Assembly (NCBI GenBank): GCA_965230915.1
Contig: OZ246395.1
Coordinates: 536,935-600,934 of the forward strand
DNA from: an uncultured Candidatus Saccharibacteria bacterium
GTDB taxonomy: Bacteria > Patescibacteriota > WWE3 > 2-01-FULL-39-13
DNA length: 64,000 nt
Reading direction: 5' to 3'
This document shows, piece by piece, positions 9,118-18,910 of the stretch. The stretch's first letter is position 1. Each line of letters starts with the position of its first letter. The notes under the pieces are model-generated. The model worked only from the letters and a program-made list of their open reading frames with translations, searched no databases and was not told where the DNA came from. The position numbers were made by a program, and so were the translations under genes.

Positions 9118-10095
9118 ATGAAAACACAAAACTTTTACAAAAAATTCGTAGAGCTCTCGTCGAAAACCGGTATTCCAGTTAAAAATATAATCGATCTATT
9201 TTTAATAATCGGCGATAAAACAGAAATAGATAACCTAGATTTATCAACCCTAACAGGACTTTCAAAAACTTCGATTTCATTAATAGAAAAGGAATTTTAT
9301 TCTTTATTCAAACCAAAATCTAATAAGACCTCTTTGACAGAAAATGGATATAGGGTTTACATGTATTTAAGAGACTTAATATCGAAGGATAAGCTAGGCG
9401 ATCTAAACTTTGCAAATTCTATAATCGAAAATTCACTCCATGAAAAATATTCAAATGACAGGCCAGCTGTTGAACGCGATTTAGACCAAATTCTAGCAAC
9501 ATCAGAAACTGTCCAAAAACGCTCATATTTAATGGATTTACTCGCCGATATAAGAGATAAACGAGTTTTATTTTTAGGCGACGATGACTTCACCTCAATA
9601 GAAGTTGCATCGCTAGGTACGGCAGAAAAAATTACTGTAATTGATATTGATACAAGAATATTAAACACCATAAAAAAAGTTTCTGACACAGAAAAGCTAA
9701 ATATCGAAACGATAAAGTACGACGCCAAAGAATCTATCGGGAAAGAATTGTATAGCAAGTACGATGTAGTTTTTACAGATCCACCCTACACAGCTGCAGG
9801 CTTTGAGCTATTTTTATCAAGAGCAATTGATGTTTTAGACAAAAATAATAAGTCAGCTCGAATTTACATATGTTTTGGACATAGCGATTTATCAAAAGAG
9901 AGATTTATTCCAATTATTAAAACAATCGCGGATTGTGGCCTTTCTATAAGATATACATTTAGCAAACTTAATAAATATAAGGGTGCTGAATCTATTGGAA
10001 GCAACTCAGACTTATATATCTGTGAAGTTACTTCTAAAACTACTCCTACAATAAAAGGAAAATACAAAGAGAATATTTATACCAATGAATATTAA
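9118..10095 (+). CDS. DUF43/BpsA-like aminopropyltransferase (putative branched-chain polyamine synthase) with MTase-like fold
   Basis: 325 aa. LFLGDDDFTSIEVA matches the GDDD motif recalled for N4-bis(aminopropyl)spermidine synthase. VVFTDPPYT is a DPPY-type motif. A winged-helix-like N-terminus precedes a Rossmann-like C-terminus. Family assignment is from memory. Confidence 0.55.
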   Translation: MKTQNFYKKFVELSSKTGIPVKNIIDLFLIIGDKTEIDNLDLSTLTGLSKTSISLIEKEFYSLFKPKSNKTSLTENGYRVYMYLRDLISKDKLGDLNFANSIIENSLHEKYSNDRPAVERDLDQILATSETVQKRSYLMDLLADIRDKRVLFLGDDDFTSIEVASLGTAEKITVIDIDTRILNTIKKVSDTEKLNIETIKYDAKESIGKELYSKYDVVFTDPPYTAAGFELFLSRAIDVLDKNNKSARIYICFGHSDLSKERFIPIIKTIADCGLSIRYTFSKLNKYKGAESIGSNSDLYICEVTSKTTPTIKGKYKENIYTNEY

Positions 10096-10475
10096 TAATC
10101 TAGGACTTTAGTCTTAATTTCTGCTTTAGGATATGCTTCTTTCAATAATTTTATAAGGACTTCTAGGTCTGCTTCCGGAGAACAAGTTATAAGATCAAAA
10201 TGAACAAATTCATATTCCGGCCATGTATGGATAGCCAAATGCGATGCCGATAAAATATATACTATAGACAGTCCTCCTCCTGGAAATTCATGAAAACCAT
10301 CTTTAATGACTGTAACGTCAATTTTAGCCAATATATCTCTAAAAACCGCATCAATTGCTTCATATTTAAGTTCGTCTGCAGTAAGGTGATCGATTTCACC
10401 CACCAGATGTACATAAAATGGTCTATTCTCTGTATTCATGGGCATTATATTATGGGTTATACTGGGGAAAGTCAA
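10092..10475 (-). CDS. speH: S-adenosylmethionine decarboxylase proenzyme-like (SpeH/class 1b pyruvoyl decarboxylase)
   Basis: FHEFPGGGLSIVYILSASHLAIHTWPEYEFVHFDLITCS aligns with the SpeH core F.GP.GG.TGV.LLSESH..IHTWPE....D.FTC. The usual Glu before the processing Ser is Ala here (LSASH). The true start may be one of the internal Met (MPMN...). Confidence 0.8.
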   Translation of the reverse strand: MTFPSITHNIMPMNTENRPFYVHLVGEIDHLTADELKYEAIDAVFRDILAKIDVTVIKDGFHEFPGGGLSIVYILSASHLAIHTWPEYEFVHFDLITCSPEADLEVLIKLLKEAYPKAEIKTKVLDY

Positions 10476-10480
10476 ACGAA

Positions 10481-11863
10481 CTAGTTCGGCGTAATCCCTG
10501 AGTCGTCTTCATCAAATGAGTCGTAATATGGCTGACTTGTATCTGGTCCTCCAAATCCTGACGAATCTTCTTCCATCATGCCTTCGTATTGATACTGTTG
10601 CATCATGGCTTTTGTATATTCTTCAATAATAACTTCTATAGGAGTTGCATTTTCGGGTTCTGCAACCTGAAAATCTTCGTTAAATCTTGAAGCATTAATA
10701 ACCGACGCAACATCTACATATTCGTCTTGAGAACCAGCTGCTTGAGTATAGACATTAGGAAAGTATTGAATTGTGCTTGCTCCTAAAACCTGTGAAGGCA
10801 CGCTAATATCATCTGTACGCATTCTAAATGAAATCATAGATCGAACTGTATGCATTGTGTCTTTTGCTATGTAAGTATTAATTTTTAAGTTTTCAAATGT
10901 TTGGGAATATCCCGAAGTCATCGCTAAATCTTCGGTGTATGATTCTGGGTCAACCGCTTTGGCGATTTCGTTAACAAAGTCTTTGTATTCCTGGCTCGTT
11001 AGCTCAAGCGACATTTTATAAACAGGTGTTCCATCCAAATCTTCTTCGGTAACAACGATTTTATCAATTACATCTGAGTTCAAAAGAGCGGCTTTTACTT
11101 TTTCGTATGTGTCATCGTCACGGCCATCTTTGTCTTCTTCGAGTAAACTGCGCGCGTCTGATTCTAAACTCTTTAATTCATAAGAAATCCATTTATTCAT
11201 TAATATATCTAGAGACATTCCGGTTCCTGAAGCAAGACCCTTAATAACCGCTGGAATTTCATTTATCTTAAAAAATAATGTGTCATTAACAGCTACAAAA
11301 TTTGCGTCAAACTCTGGTGACATCTGAAAATGAATTTCTGCTTCTGGGTTATTTTCATCATGAAAATCTATTGGGCCTGTTATTTTTAAGTCAAAATTGT
11401 TACCAAGACCAGGAATTGCTTCCGGGCCGTTTCCATTAAAAGCAATTGAAGCATCAATGTAAGCACTCTTTAAATCTTTTTGAGCGTCCATTGATTTATA
11501 AATCAAAAACTCTGCTGTTTTTGGGGTATAAGGTAGTTCCTGAACGGCAAAGGAAATTTTTCTTTGCAATTCGTCATTATTAATATCTACCTTTCCGTAT
11601 GCAACTAAGGCTGCAAACGCAGTTGATCCGACTAGTAAAATTAAAATTATAAAAAGTGACAATAAAAGAATAAGTGGACCTTTTGATTTATGCGGAACAT
11701 TTATGTTTTCTACAACCTCTGAATTAGTTGGAGTCGTTGGTGGAACTTGTGAAAAAGATGGGATTGAACTTGGTGAACTGGTAGATGATTCAACTGGATT
11801 TATTTTATCCATAGGATCTACAGGAATATTTGCAGGTTGGTCAGGGTTTAATGATGTATCCAT
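10481..11863 (-). CDS. membrane-anchored hypothetical protein (Pro/Ser/Thr-rich N-term, one TM, large ectodomain, acidic C-term)
   Basis: 460 aa. TM helix LILLLSLFIILILLVGSTAFAALVA. C-terminal DEDDSGITPN tail. Confidence 0.6.
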   Translation of the reverse strand: MDTSLNPDQPANIPVDPMDKINPVESSTSSPSSIPSFSQVPPTTPTNSEVVENINVPHKSKGPLILLLSLFIILILLVGSTAFAALVAYGKVDINNDELQRKISFAVQELPYTPKTAEFLIYKSMDAQKDLKSAYIDASIAFNGNGPEAIPGLGNNFDLKITGPIDFHDENNPEAEIHFQMSPEFDANFVAVNDTLFFKINEIPAVIKGLASGTGMSLDILMNKWISYELKSLESDARSLLEEDKDGRDDDTYEKVKAALLNSDVIDKIVVTEEDLDGTPVYKMSLELTSQEYKDFVNEIAKAVDPESYTEDLAMTSGYSQTFENLKINTYIAKDTMHTVRSMISFRMRTDDISVPSQVLGASTIQYFPNVYTQAAGSQDEYVDVASVINASRFNEDFQVAEPENATPIEVIIEEYTKAMMQQYQYEGMMEEDSSGFGGPDTSQPYYDSFDEDDSGITPN

Positions 11864-11916
11864 TTAAATCGGAATCTAGCCTTTTATGTAAGACCTAAGA
11901 ATATTATAATATTAAA

Positions 11917-12342
11917 ATGATACAAACTTCAATAAACTCTTTAGAAGAGCTGAGTGAATTTGCTAAAAGGCTAATTAATGAAATAAAACCCGGTAGTGTT
12001 ACATTCTTAAATGGAGAAATGGGCGCAGGAAAAACCACATTCGTTCAAGCGTTTGCAAAGGAATTAGGCTTAAAATCAACTATTAAATCACCGACTTTTG
12101 TAATTCATAATGAATATGATGATGTTGTCCACCACATTGATTTGTATCGCTTAAATAATAAATCTGAAATCAAAGAATTAAAATTGTCATCGATAAAAGA
12201 TGATTCTTATGTCTTTATAGAATGGGCCAGCAAATTTAACGAAGAATTAATCGAAATGTTTAAAGAAAAGCATAAATATGAAATTGAAATCGAGGTTACA
12301 GGCGAAAATTCCCGCCAAGTTATTTTTAGAGAAATAGAATGA
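11917..12342 (+). CDS. tsaE: tRNA threonylcarbamoyladenosine biosynthesis protein TsaE
   Basis: 141 aa. P-loop GEMGAGKTTF and the YjeE/TsaE pattern SPTF.I...Y......HHIDLYRL. Confidence 0.85.
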   Translation: MIQTSINSLEELSEFAKRLINEIKPGSVTFLNGEMGAGKTTFVQAFAKELGLKSTIKSPTFVIHNEYDDVVHHIDLYRLNNKSEIKELKLSSIKDDSYVFIEWASKFNEELIEMFKEKHKYEIEIEVTGENSRQVIFREIE

Positions 12343-13436
12343 AAATACTGGCAATAGACACAAGCTGTGATGATACATCAGTTGCAATAAGTGAAGATAA
12401 GAAAATCCTAGCCAATGAATTTTGGTCAAAGTTAAAACTTCACAATGAATTTGGAGGAGTTGTTCCAATAGAAGCCAAGAGACAGCATGAAGAATTCTTG
12501 CCTTTGGTGATCGATAAAGCTATTAAAGAGGCTGGCATCACATTTGAAGAATTAGATGCGATAGCGGTTACTTATGGACCTGGGCTCGCTATTGCACTTG
12601 AACCTGGTATCGCGAAAGCAAAGGAGCTTTGTAAAAAATACCAATTACCACTTATTCCTGTTAATCATATGGTCGGCCATATATATGCCAATTTGGCTCA
12701 AGATATGGAAGAAAAGTCTTTATCTTTGCTTGATGAGTTTGAATTTCCGGCTCTAGCTCTAACAATTTCGGGCGGACATACTGATTTATATTTGATGGAG
12801 TCCCATTTAAAATTTGAACACATCGGTCAAACTTTAGATGATTCGATAGGGGAAGCATTTGACAAAGTCGGCAGAACTTTAGGGTTTGGATTTCCCGCAG
12901 GAAAATTAATAGAAGAACGCGCAGCTTTGGGCAATGAAAATGCTTTTGCCTTCCCTCGCCCACTTTCAAATAGCAACGATTTTAACTGGAGTTATTCCGG
13001 ATTAAAAACTGCTGTTTTATATCAGATTAAAAAACTAACTGGTGAATATCATTCAAAACCGGGTAAAGGAACTTATAAATTAGAAGATGAAGCTTCCAAA
13101 TTATCAGGAGATGTCATTAATGACTTAGCAGCTTCATTTCAAAAAGCCGCCGTTGATTCACTAATTATAAAAATAAAAAAGGCTGTAAAACAATTACAAC
13201 CAAAGATGTTAATTGTTGGCGGAGGAGTTATTGCAAATACAGTTATTCGCACTGAACTTGAGAAACTTGCCGTAGAAAATGAAATTCAAATAACTTATCC
13301 AAAACCAATGTGGCTCTGTACAGATAATGCAGCAATGATTGCTATGGCTGCTTTTTATATGGCTAAAACTTTAGAAGATAAAGCCTACCATAATGATTTG
13401 GAAACTTTGGATAGAGTTCCCAATTTGGAAATTTGA
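12339..13436 (+). CDS. tsaD: tRNA N6-adenosine threonylcarbamoyltransferase TsaD (Kae1/Gcp family)
   Basis: Starts MKILAIDTSCDDTSVAI. HMVGHIYAN metal-binding HxxxH-like motif and the ASKHA fold pattern. 4-nt overlap with tsaE. Confidence 0.85.
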   Translation: MKILAIDTSCDDTSVAISEDKKILANEFWSKLKLHNEFGGVVPIEAKRQHEEFLPLVIDKAIKEAGITFEELDAIAVTYGPGLAIALEPGIAKAKELCKKYQLPLIPVNHMVGHIYANLAQDMEEKSLSLLDEFEFPALALTISGGHTDLYLMESHLKFEHIGQTLDDSIGEAFDKVGRTLGFGFPAGKLIEERAALGNENAFAFPRPLSNSNDFNWSYSGLKTAVLYQIKKLTGEYHSKPGKGTYKLEDEASKLSGDVINDLAASFQKAAVDSLIIKIKKAVKQLQPKMLIVGGGVIANTVIRTELEKLAVENEIQITYPKPMWLCTDNAAMIAMAAFYMAKTLEDKAYHNDLETLDRVPNLEI

Positions 13437-13485
13437 AAAAAGGGTCGGAAACATATCTTTTGAGATATAGTTCCCGACCTTCTGC

Positions 13486-13770
13486 TTACCAACCATCTTC
13501 AGCCACATCACCAATTTTGTAATCAACCCATGAGTTGAATCTTTCAGTATCAGGCGGGCACGTGTTCATTGGTTTGGCTGGATGTCGCCTATAGGAATGA
13601 ATCGTGTGCGAGTCAGTATTTCGACAGTATATATTTGGAATGTAGGGCTCTACAATGTAGCCCACACCCAAATATATGGCAACAAATAGAATCGCTAATC
13701 CACAGCCTTTTGCTATGGCTATGAAATTCAACACAAACATTGCGTGTCGCTTCTTAAGCCTAACTTTCAC
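13486..13770 (-). CDS. hypothetical small membrane protein
   Basis: 94 aa, one TM helix, weak RBS. Real start uncertain. Confidence 0.35.
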   Translation of the reverse strand: MKVRLKKRHAMFVLNFIAIAKGCGLAILFVAIYLGVGYIVEPYIPNIYCRNTDSHTIHSYRRHPAKPMNTCPPDTERFNSWVDYKIGDVAEDGW

Positions 13771-13818
13771 ATTTATGCCTTTCTAAAGATAATTCGAAAG
13801 CTGAGAAGATTATACAGG

Positions 13819-15555
13819 CTACCAGCTACCGCCTCCACCGCCGCCTCCGCCACCACCAGAAAATCCACCACCGCCGCTAAATCCAGAAGAGTGACCGGTG
13901 CTGCTTGTAGTCGGGGTTGGTGTGTAATTAGTGGCTACAGTGCTTAAATTTCTGTCGAGCGAATCCATTAAACCCAAGGTAGTAAAGTTATTCATATTAG
14001 AAGACTGATACCAATCAGGCGTGTAATTATATAAGTCTTCGAATTTTTTGGCCCAAACTTTAGCAACTCCAAATGCGATTGCATACGGCAAAAGTTTTTC
14101 GAAAAGATAAAAGTTCTTTTCTTGAAATTCAAATTGGCGATCTTGCGAGACTAAAAATTGCTTTAACCCTAGCGCATGTCGTTTGACTTCAACTCCCAGC
14201 TTAGTTTTTCGGGGCATAACAAATGAAAATATTATTGTGACAATGCCTGGAATCACAAATCCTATAAAACATAATGCAATTCCAATTCCTAAAAATTTAG
14301 CTTTTGTATTTTGTGGATTTGCATCAAAATAACCTTGATTTGTCATTTTTTTGTACAAATCGCTTTGCATTTGCATAATTTTTCTGGCAACTGAATCTCT
14401 GTTTGATCTGTCAGATAAATTTACGGAGTCATTAATATTAAGTTCTAAAGCTTCTATCAAGTCTTTTTGGTGTGGTTTTAGAGAACTCAATGAAAGATCC
14501 TCGATTAATTTCGGACCTCTTGAAATTGTGACCTTCTTTTTTTCTTCGGTTATCACTAAATACTTGTGTGTAGCCAAGTGAACAATTTCTGCAGACATAT
14601 CTTTAGAATCTATACTTTCATCTACAATTAGCCCCATTTCGATCGGTGTCATTTCTTTTTGGTCAGTATCTTTTGGAGCATCGTACATTCGAACAATAGC
14701 TCGATCGTCTTTCGGATCACGACCCTTAAAGAACCACCAGGCAACCATACCTAAGGCTAAAATTGGATTTAAGAGAAAAATTATAGAAGTTATAAGCGTA
14801 ACCCAAAAAGTTTCAGTTTCCGATGGACCAGTATATGCGTTATAAGGAACTGGCTCGTTTACTGCTAGCGTTCCTTTCGGAAGTGAAACTGCAAAAGTTA
14901 ATCCTTCTGATGGAGCAAGCGCCCGACTTGAATTAATGGTTATAATATTATTTTTCCCGATAGCAACAGTGCAGTTCTTAGTTTTCGATCCTTCAATGCC
15001 GGCGAAGCAAATAAAATCACTGTTTTTGAAGGTAATGTCTTTGAACTCTGAAAGATCAAGAGTAGTCGAAGCTTTTAAAATTGGAACTTCCCAACCCGTT
15101 CCGATTGAGTCCCAATATAATTCATCGTGATCTGAATAATAGGTTGCAGCACCTTTTACTGTATAAGCAATTTGATATCCTACTTTTCCGGTAACAGTTT
15201 TATTAGGATCCCCTATTTTTATTACTAAATCTCCACCTTGAGTAGATTCACTATATGGAACATAAATATTGCTACCGGTTTTCACACTATCAACGCTGAC
15301 ATCCATTGCATAATTCTTGCCGTCTTTATTTGTGGTTAGAAATGGAATTTTACGAAAAATCCCATGGCGTGGCGTTGCACCAAAGTCATAAACAATCGTT
15401 TCAACGATTCGAAGATCAGAACTGGGGCTTAATTTTATGTAAGTTTTATAATCGGTAATCTGCTCAGCTAGAGCTTTTTGAGGAGTAACCAGAGCTAAAA
15501 GGCCTAATATTGCAAAACTTAGCCCAAGAATAGTTATTTTTAGCCTTTTAAGCAT
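13819..15555 (-). CDS. DUF2207-like membrane protein with Gly-rich C-terminal tail
   Basis: 578 aa. Signal peptide, large N-terminal ectodomain, central TM helices and a GGGGFSGGGGGGGGGGSW tail fit the DUF2207 architecture. Confidence 0.6.
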   Translation of the reverse strand: MLKRLKITILGLSFAILGLLALVTPQKALAEQITDYKTYIKLSPSSDLRIVETIVYDFGATPRHGIFRKIPFLTTNKDGKNYAMDVSVDSVKTGSNIYVPYSESTQGGDLVIKIGDPNKTVTGKVGYQIAYTVKGAATYYSDHDELYWDSIGTGWEVPILKASTTLDLSEFKDITFKNSDFICFAGIEGSKTKNCTVAIGKNNIITINSSRALAPSEGLTFAVSLPKGTLAVNEPVPYNAYTGPSETETFWVTLITSIIFLLNPILALGMVAWWFFKGRDPKDDRAIVRMYDAPKDTDQKEMTPIEMGLIVDESIDSKDMSAEIVHLATHKYLVITEEKKKVTISRGPKLIEDLSLSSLKPHQKDLIEALELNINDSVNLSDRSNRDSVARKIMQMQSDLYKKMTNQGYFDANPQNTKAKFLGIGIALCFIGFVIPGIVTIIFSFVMPRKTKLGVEVKRHALGLKQFLVSQDRQFEFQEKNFYLFEKLLPYAIAFGVAKVWAKKFEDLYNYTPDWYQSSNMNNFTTLGLMDSLDRNLSTVATNYTPTPTTSSTGHSSGFSGGGGFSGGGGGGGGGGSW

Positions 15556-15655
15556 ACTTAAACGATTATACTATTAATTTATCTATAAGTGCTTTTAGGC
15601 TATAATTAGCACAGTTCTTTTTGACAACCGGCCTCTTTTGGCCGTTTTTACCTCA

Positions 15656-15730
15656 TGGTGGACTTAGCTCAATTGGTTAGAGCATCGCTCTGTGGAAGCG
15701 AAGGTTGTGGGTTCAATTCCCATAGTCCAC
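15656..15730 (+). tRNA. tRNA-His (GTG) with genome-encoded G-1
   Basis: Cloverleaf: G-1 pairs with C73. Anticodon loop cTGTGga gives GTG. T-loop GGTTCAATTCC. No encoded CCA. Confidence 0.9.
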
Positions 15731-15787
15731 CCCATAAAAAACCCTTATTTCACATCCAATTCTAAATATGAAAGCTAATTGGCAATA

Positions 15788-16495
15788 CTACCCCTTACTC
15801 ATTGAAAAGGATATATATATTTTCTCGATTTCCTGAGTATCTTTTATAGAAATCTCTTTTAGATCGGCAATTCCATTTATGCGATAAGGATCATCTTCAT
15901 TTAATAAATCGTAGATTTCTTTATCGCCTAACGGACTATTTTTATATAGAGCATTTAATGCGTCTTGTTCCGACGGATTTGACCTATCTAAAGCTTCGCC
16001 AACAATACAGCGGGAATCCATTGATACGGCTGAATATGTACTTGTATCTATATAGCAATATGTTTCACCGTTATAAATATATACACTGGCGTAATCAACA
16101 TTAGATCCATTATCCTTCGCAGACTGAGTCACTCGATCCTTTAAAGTTTCTATATTAAGTTTAGATGCTTTAATACTACCTTCTAACTGATTTGCTGTTT
16201 GACTGAGTCTATTTGATTCTTCTATGCTAAAAGCTGAATTTCGACTTTTATAAACAGTATCTAATTGCTTATTAAGCTCATAATACTTAATAATTTCAGA
16301 TTTCAAATCATCGATATGCTCAGATGACTCCATTGATTCTTTTGCTGTGAAATATTTTCTATATTGACGGTTGCTATTGTATTCCCAAAGAAAAAACATT
16401 AAACCTGCCACAATAGCAAATACACATAAAAACATTACCCAAAATTTCGCGCCTAAATCTATAGAAATAGGCTCATTAAAGTTTGTTTTTTCCAT
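15788..16495 (-). CDS. hypothetical membrane-anchored protein with coiled-coil region
   Basis: 235 aa. N-terminal TM helix, then a heptad-like Ser/Asn/Gln-rich segment. Confidence 0.5.
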   Translation of the reverse strand: MEKTNFNEPISIDLGAKFWVMFLCVFAIVAGLMFFLWEYNSNRQYRKYFTAKESMESSEHIDDLKSEIIKYYELNKQLDTVYKSRNSAFSIEESNRLSQTANQLEGSIKASKLNIETLKDRVTQSAKDNGSNVDYASVYIYNGETYCYIDTSTYSAVSMDSRCIVGEALDRSNPSEQDALNALYKNSPLGDKEIYDLLNEDDPYRINGIADLKEISIKDTQEIEKIYISFSMSKG

Positions 16496-16497
16496 TT

Positions 16498-16761
16498 TTA
16501 GTTTTTATTTCGGGCGATTTCTTCAGTTGAAGAAGCAATTCTGCTTAGATTGACCATAACATTGAGTAGAAATGCACCGGCAACTATACTCGCACACATT
16601 ACAGAAAATACAGCCAAAAATTGCTGAATTTCTACTGGGAATATGTCCCAATTGAACATCGTATCGGCTACTGTGAATGTAGTTACGAATATAAGAACAA
16701 CTATAGTGACTAAGGCAGAGGAAATTGTGAAGGATTCCACCCTTTTCATAGTTAATTTCAT
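16498..16761 (-). CDS. small membrane protein (87 aa)
   Basis: Two TM helices. Sits 3 nt upstream of the following ORF on the same strand. Confidence 0.45.
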   Translation of the reverse strand: MKLTMKRVESFTISSALVTIVVLIFVTTFTVADTMFNWDIFPVEIQQFLAVFSVMCASIVAGAFLLNVMVNLSRIASSTEEIARNKN

Positions 16762-17049
16762 GATGATGATTATAGGTATGGTCTATTACAAGTCAAATTT
16801 CTGTATTTTTTAATTTCACAGAATTCACATAAAGTCAAGCGAACTTAGACAAAAAGGCAAAGGTTTGAATAGGAAGCACCCCTTATTTGCATCAGAAATA
16901 TTAATTCTAAAACTAAGCCACCAGCACGAGTTGCATCGCATGATCTTACGGAAATACTATGAAAAAGTTTAGTTGCCTAAATGTTAAAAGAAAAGCCATA
17001 ACGCATGGCATAAAAATATAATAAATTAACGCGCTTTTTTGAATTAGAA

Positions 17050-17310
17050 ATTACTGGGCAAGTATTTGCGTTTTTTAGCATAACTTGCCCAGTTTGTAGT
17101 GGATAGCACAATCGACTAAATAATTCGGCTGCGCGTCCAATTATTGCCCACACCCAAGGGGCAGGCGTTGCAGACCCTTTGTGGGTCAGGGCACGTATAC
17201 CCCGCATTCGAAAAACACCTATCATTGGGTTTCAGATAAGTGGGTTGCCAAAAACCCGTAAGGAAGCTCGTAATAACTCCCCAGAGCCTTTTCATATTTC
17301 CCTCTTTCTT
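17050..17310. ncRNA. candidate structured RNA / leader element (unclassified), GC-rich
   Basis: About 260 nt with no credible ORF and a GC content far above the flanks. Local stems include CTGGGCAAGT/ACTTGCCCAG (17055-17092), GACCC-tttgt-GGGTC and GGGTT-gccaaaa-AACCC, plus a GNRA tetraloop CC-GTAA-GG. Family and strand are undetermined. Confidence 0.25.
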
Positions 17311-17464
17311 TATCAGCGCCATTGCTGAAATAGAACTCGCGCCATTGCGAATTCGGTTACGATTATATGCTGTTAATTGCGAATATCAAGCCCTATGTTC
17401 TGATCTTGTACTTTTCGCTCACGAGAAAAATTCCCGCATGCATATTCGGAAATAATGTTTTATA

Positions 17465-18910
17465 TTGAGTATTAGATTTTATATGATATTCAGCTCACCT
17501 GTATTTTTATTTGTATTCTTACCTTTTGTATTAACGATTTATTTTTTTGTTCCACGATTTCTTAAAAATTCTTTTTTGCTTTTATCAAGTCTCGTTTTTT
17601 ATTTTTGGGATGAGCGTAAGTATGGTTTTGTAATGCTAGGTTCGATTTTAGCTAACTATTTTTTTGTTTATCTAATTAATCGGTTTAGAACAAATGAAAA
17701 ATATAAAAAGATAACTTTAGTCAGTGCATTAATTTTTAATATTGCATTACTAGTGTTTTTTAAATACTTGGGGTTTCTAGTTTCAAATTTAAGTTATGTT
17801 TTAAATATTCAGCCTGAGATTGTTCAGAAATCAACATCGATTCATTTAGTTGCCGGCATTTCTTTTTTTACTTTTCATGCAATTTCATATGTCGTCGATG
17901 TTTACCACAAAGAAAAACCACTAAAAAATATAGTTGATGTAAGTTTATATTTTGCATTCTTTCCACAGTTAATTGCCGGACCTATTATTAGATACCACAC
18001 CATTGTTGACCAACTAATCGAAAGAAAAGTTAATACAAGCATGTTTTATGACGGCGTAAATCGCTTTATACTTGGCCTTTCAAAAAAAGTAATAATTGCT
18101 GACACACTTGAAACTCTTGCCAGCGATATATTTTCTATCAACCCAATGTATTTAGACTCTAAAACCGCATGGATCGGAATAATTTGTTATACACTACAAC
18201 TTTATTTCGATTTTTCAGGATATTCAGATATCGCAATCGGTCTTGCAAAAATGTTTGGATTCACATTTATGGAAAACTTTAATTATCCATACATCTCGCA
18301 ATCTATTACTGAGTTTTGGAGACGTTGGCATATATCACTTTCATCATGGTTCCGCGACTATGTTTATATACCTTTGGGTGGAAACCGCAAAGGACAACTA
18401 AGAACAATAATAAATTTGTTTGCGATATTTTTATTATGTGGATTTTGGCATGGTGCGAGTTGGAACTTTATTGTATGGGGAATCTGGCACGGATATTTTT
18501 TAATGATTGAACGACTTTGGGTTGGCGACTTCTTAGAAAAATTATGGCGTCCTATTCGACATATATATGCACTTATAATAGTAATGATCGGATGGGTGTT
18601 TTTTAGAGCAGAAAACTTATCGCACGCAATGGATTATCTTGAAGCAATGTTTGGGTTAACAAATCTCGGCAACCTTGTACAATCATTTTATATAAGCAAA
18701 CTAGTTATCATAGCTTTTATAGCAGGGATAATATTTTCGTTTCCAATTCCACAAATTTTCACAAATCTCAAAACTAAATATATTAGGAACGAATATATTA
18801 ATTTAGCTGGAACTTTTCTATATTCTTCTGCTCTCTTATTGCTCTTAGTAATTGCAACTATGTTTTTAACAACAAGCACTTATCATCCATTTATTTATTT
18901 TAGATTTTGA
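17465..18910 (+). CDS. MBOAT-family membrane O-acyltransferase (DltB/AlgI-like)
   Basis: 481 aa, multi-TM. FWRRWHISLSSWFRDYVYIPLGGNR and the conserved-His segment GFWHGASWNFIVWGIWHG are typical of MBOAT. Confidence 0.85.
   Translation: MSIRFYMIFSSPVFLFVFLPFVLTIYFFVPRFLKNSFLLLSSLVFYFWDERKYGFVMLGSILANYFFVYLINRFRTNEKYKKITLVSALIFNIALLVFFKYLGFLVSNLSYVLNIQPEIVQKSTSIHLVAGISFFTFHAISYVVDVYHKEKPLKNIVDVSLYFAFFPQLIAGPIIRYHTIVDQLIERKVNTSMFYDGVNRFILGLSKKVIIADTLETLASDIFSINPMYLDSKTAWIGIICYTLQLYFDFSGYSDIAIGLAKMFGFTFMENFNYPYISQSITEFWRRWHISLSSWFRDYVYIPLGGNRKGQLRTIINLFAIFLLCGFWHGASWNFIVWGIWHGYFLMIERLWVGDFLEKLWRPIRHIYALIIVMIGWVFFRAENLSHAMDYLEAMFGLTNLGNLVQSFYISKLVIIAFIAGIIFSFPIPQIFTNLKTKYIRNEYINLAGTFLYSSALLLLLVIATMFLTTSTYHPFIYFRF

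Noticed and set aside
17183-17275. SRP (4.5S) RNA call for the GC-rich element, based on CCGTAAGGAAGC resembling CCGGAAGGAAGC of domain IV
   Set aside because: The complementary 5' strand (GUCAGG-type) is about 70 nt away rather than adjacent, so the helix-8 symmetric loop cannot form. Kept only as an unclassified candidate.
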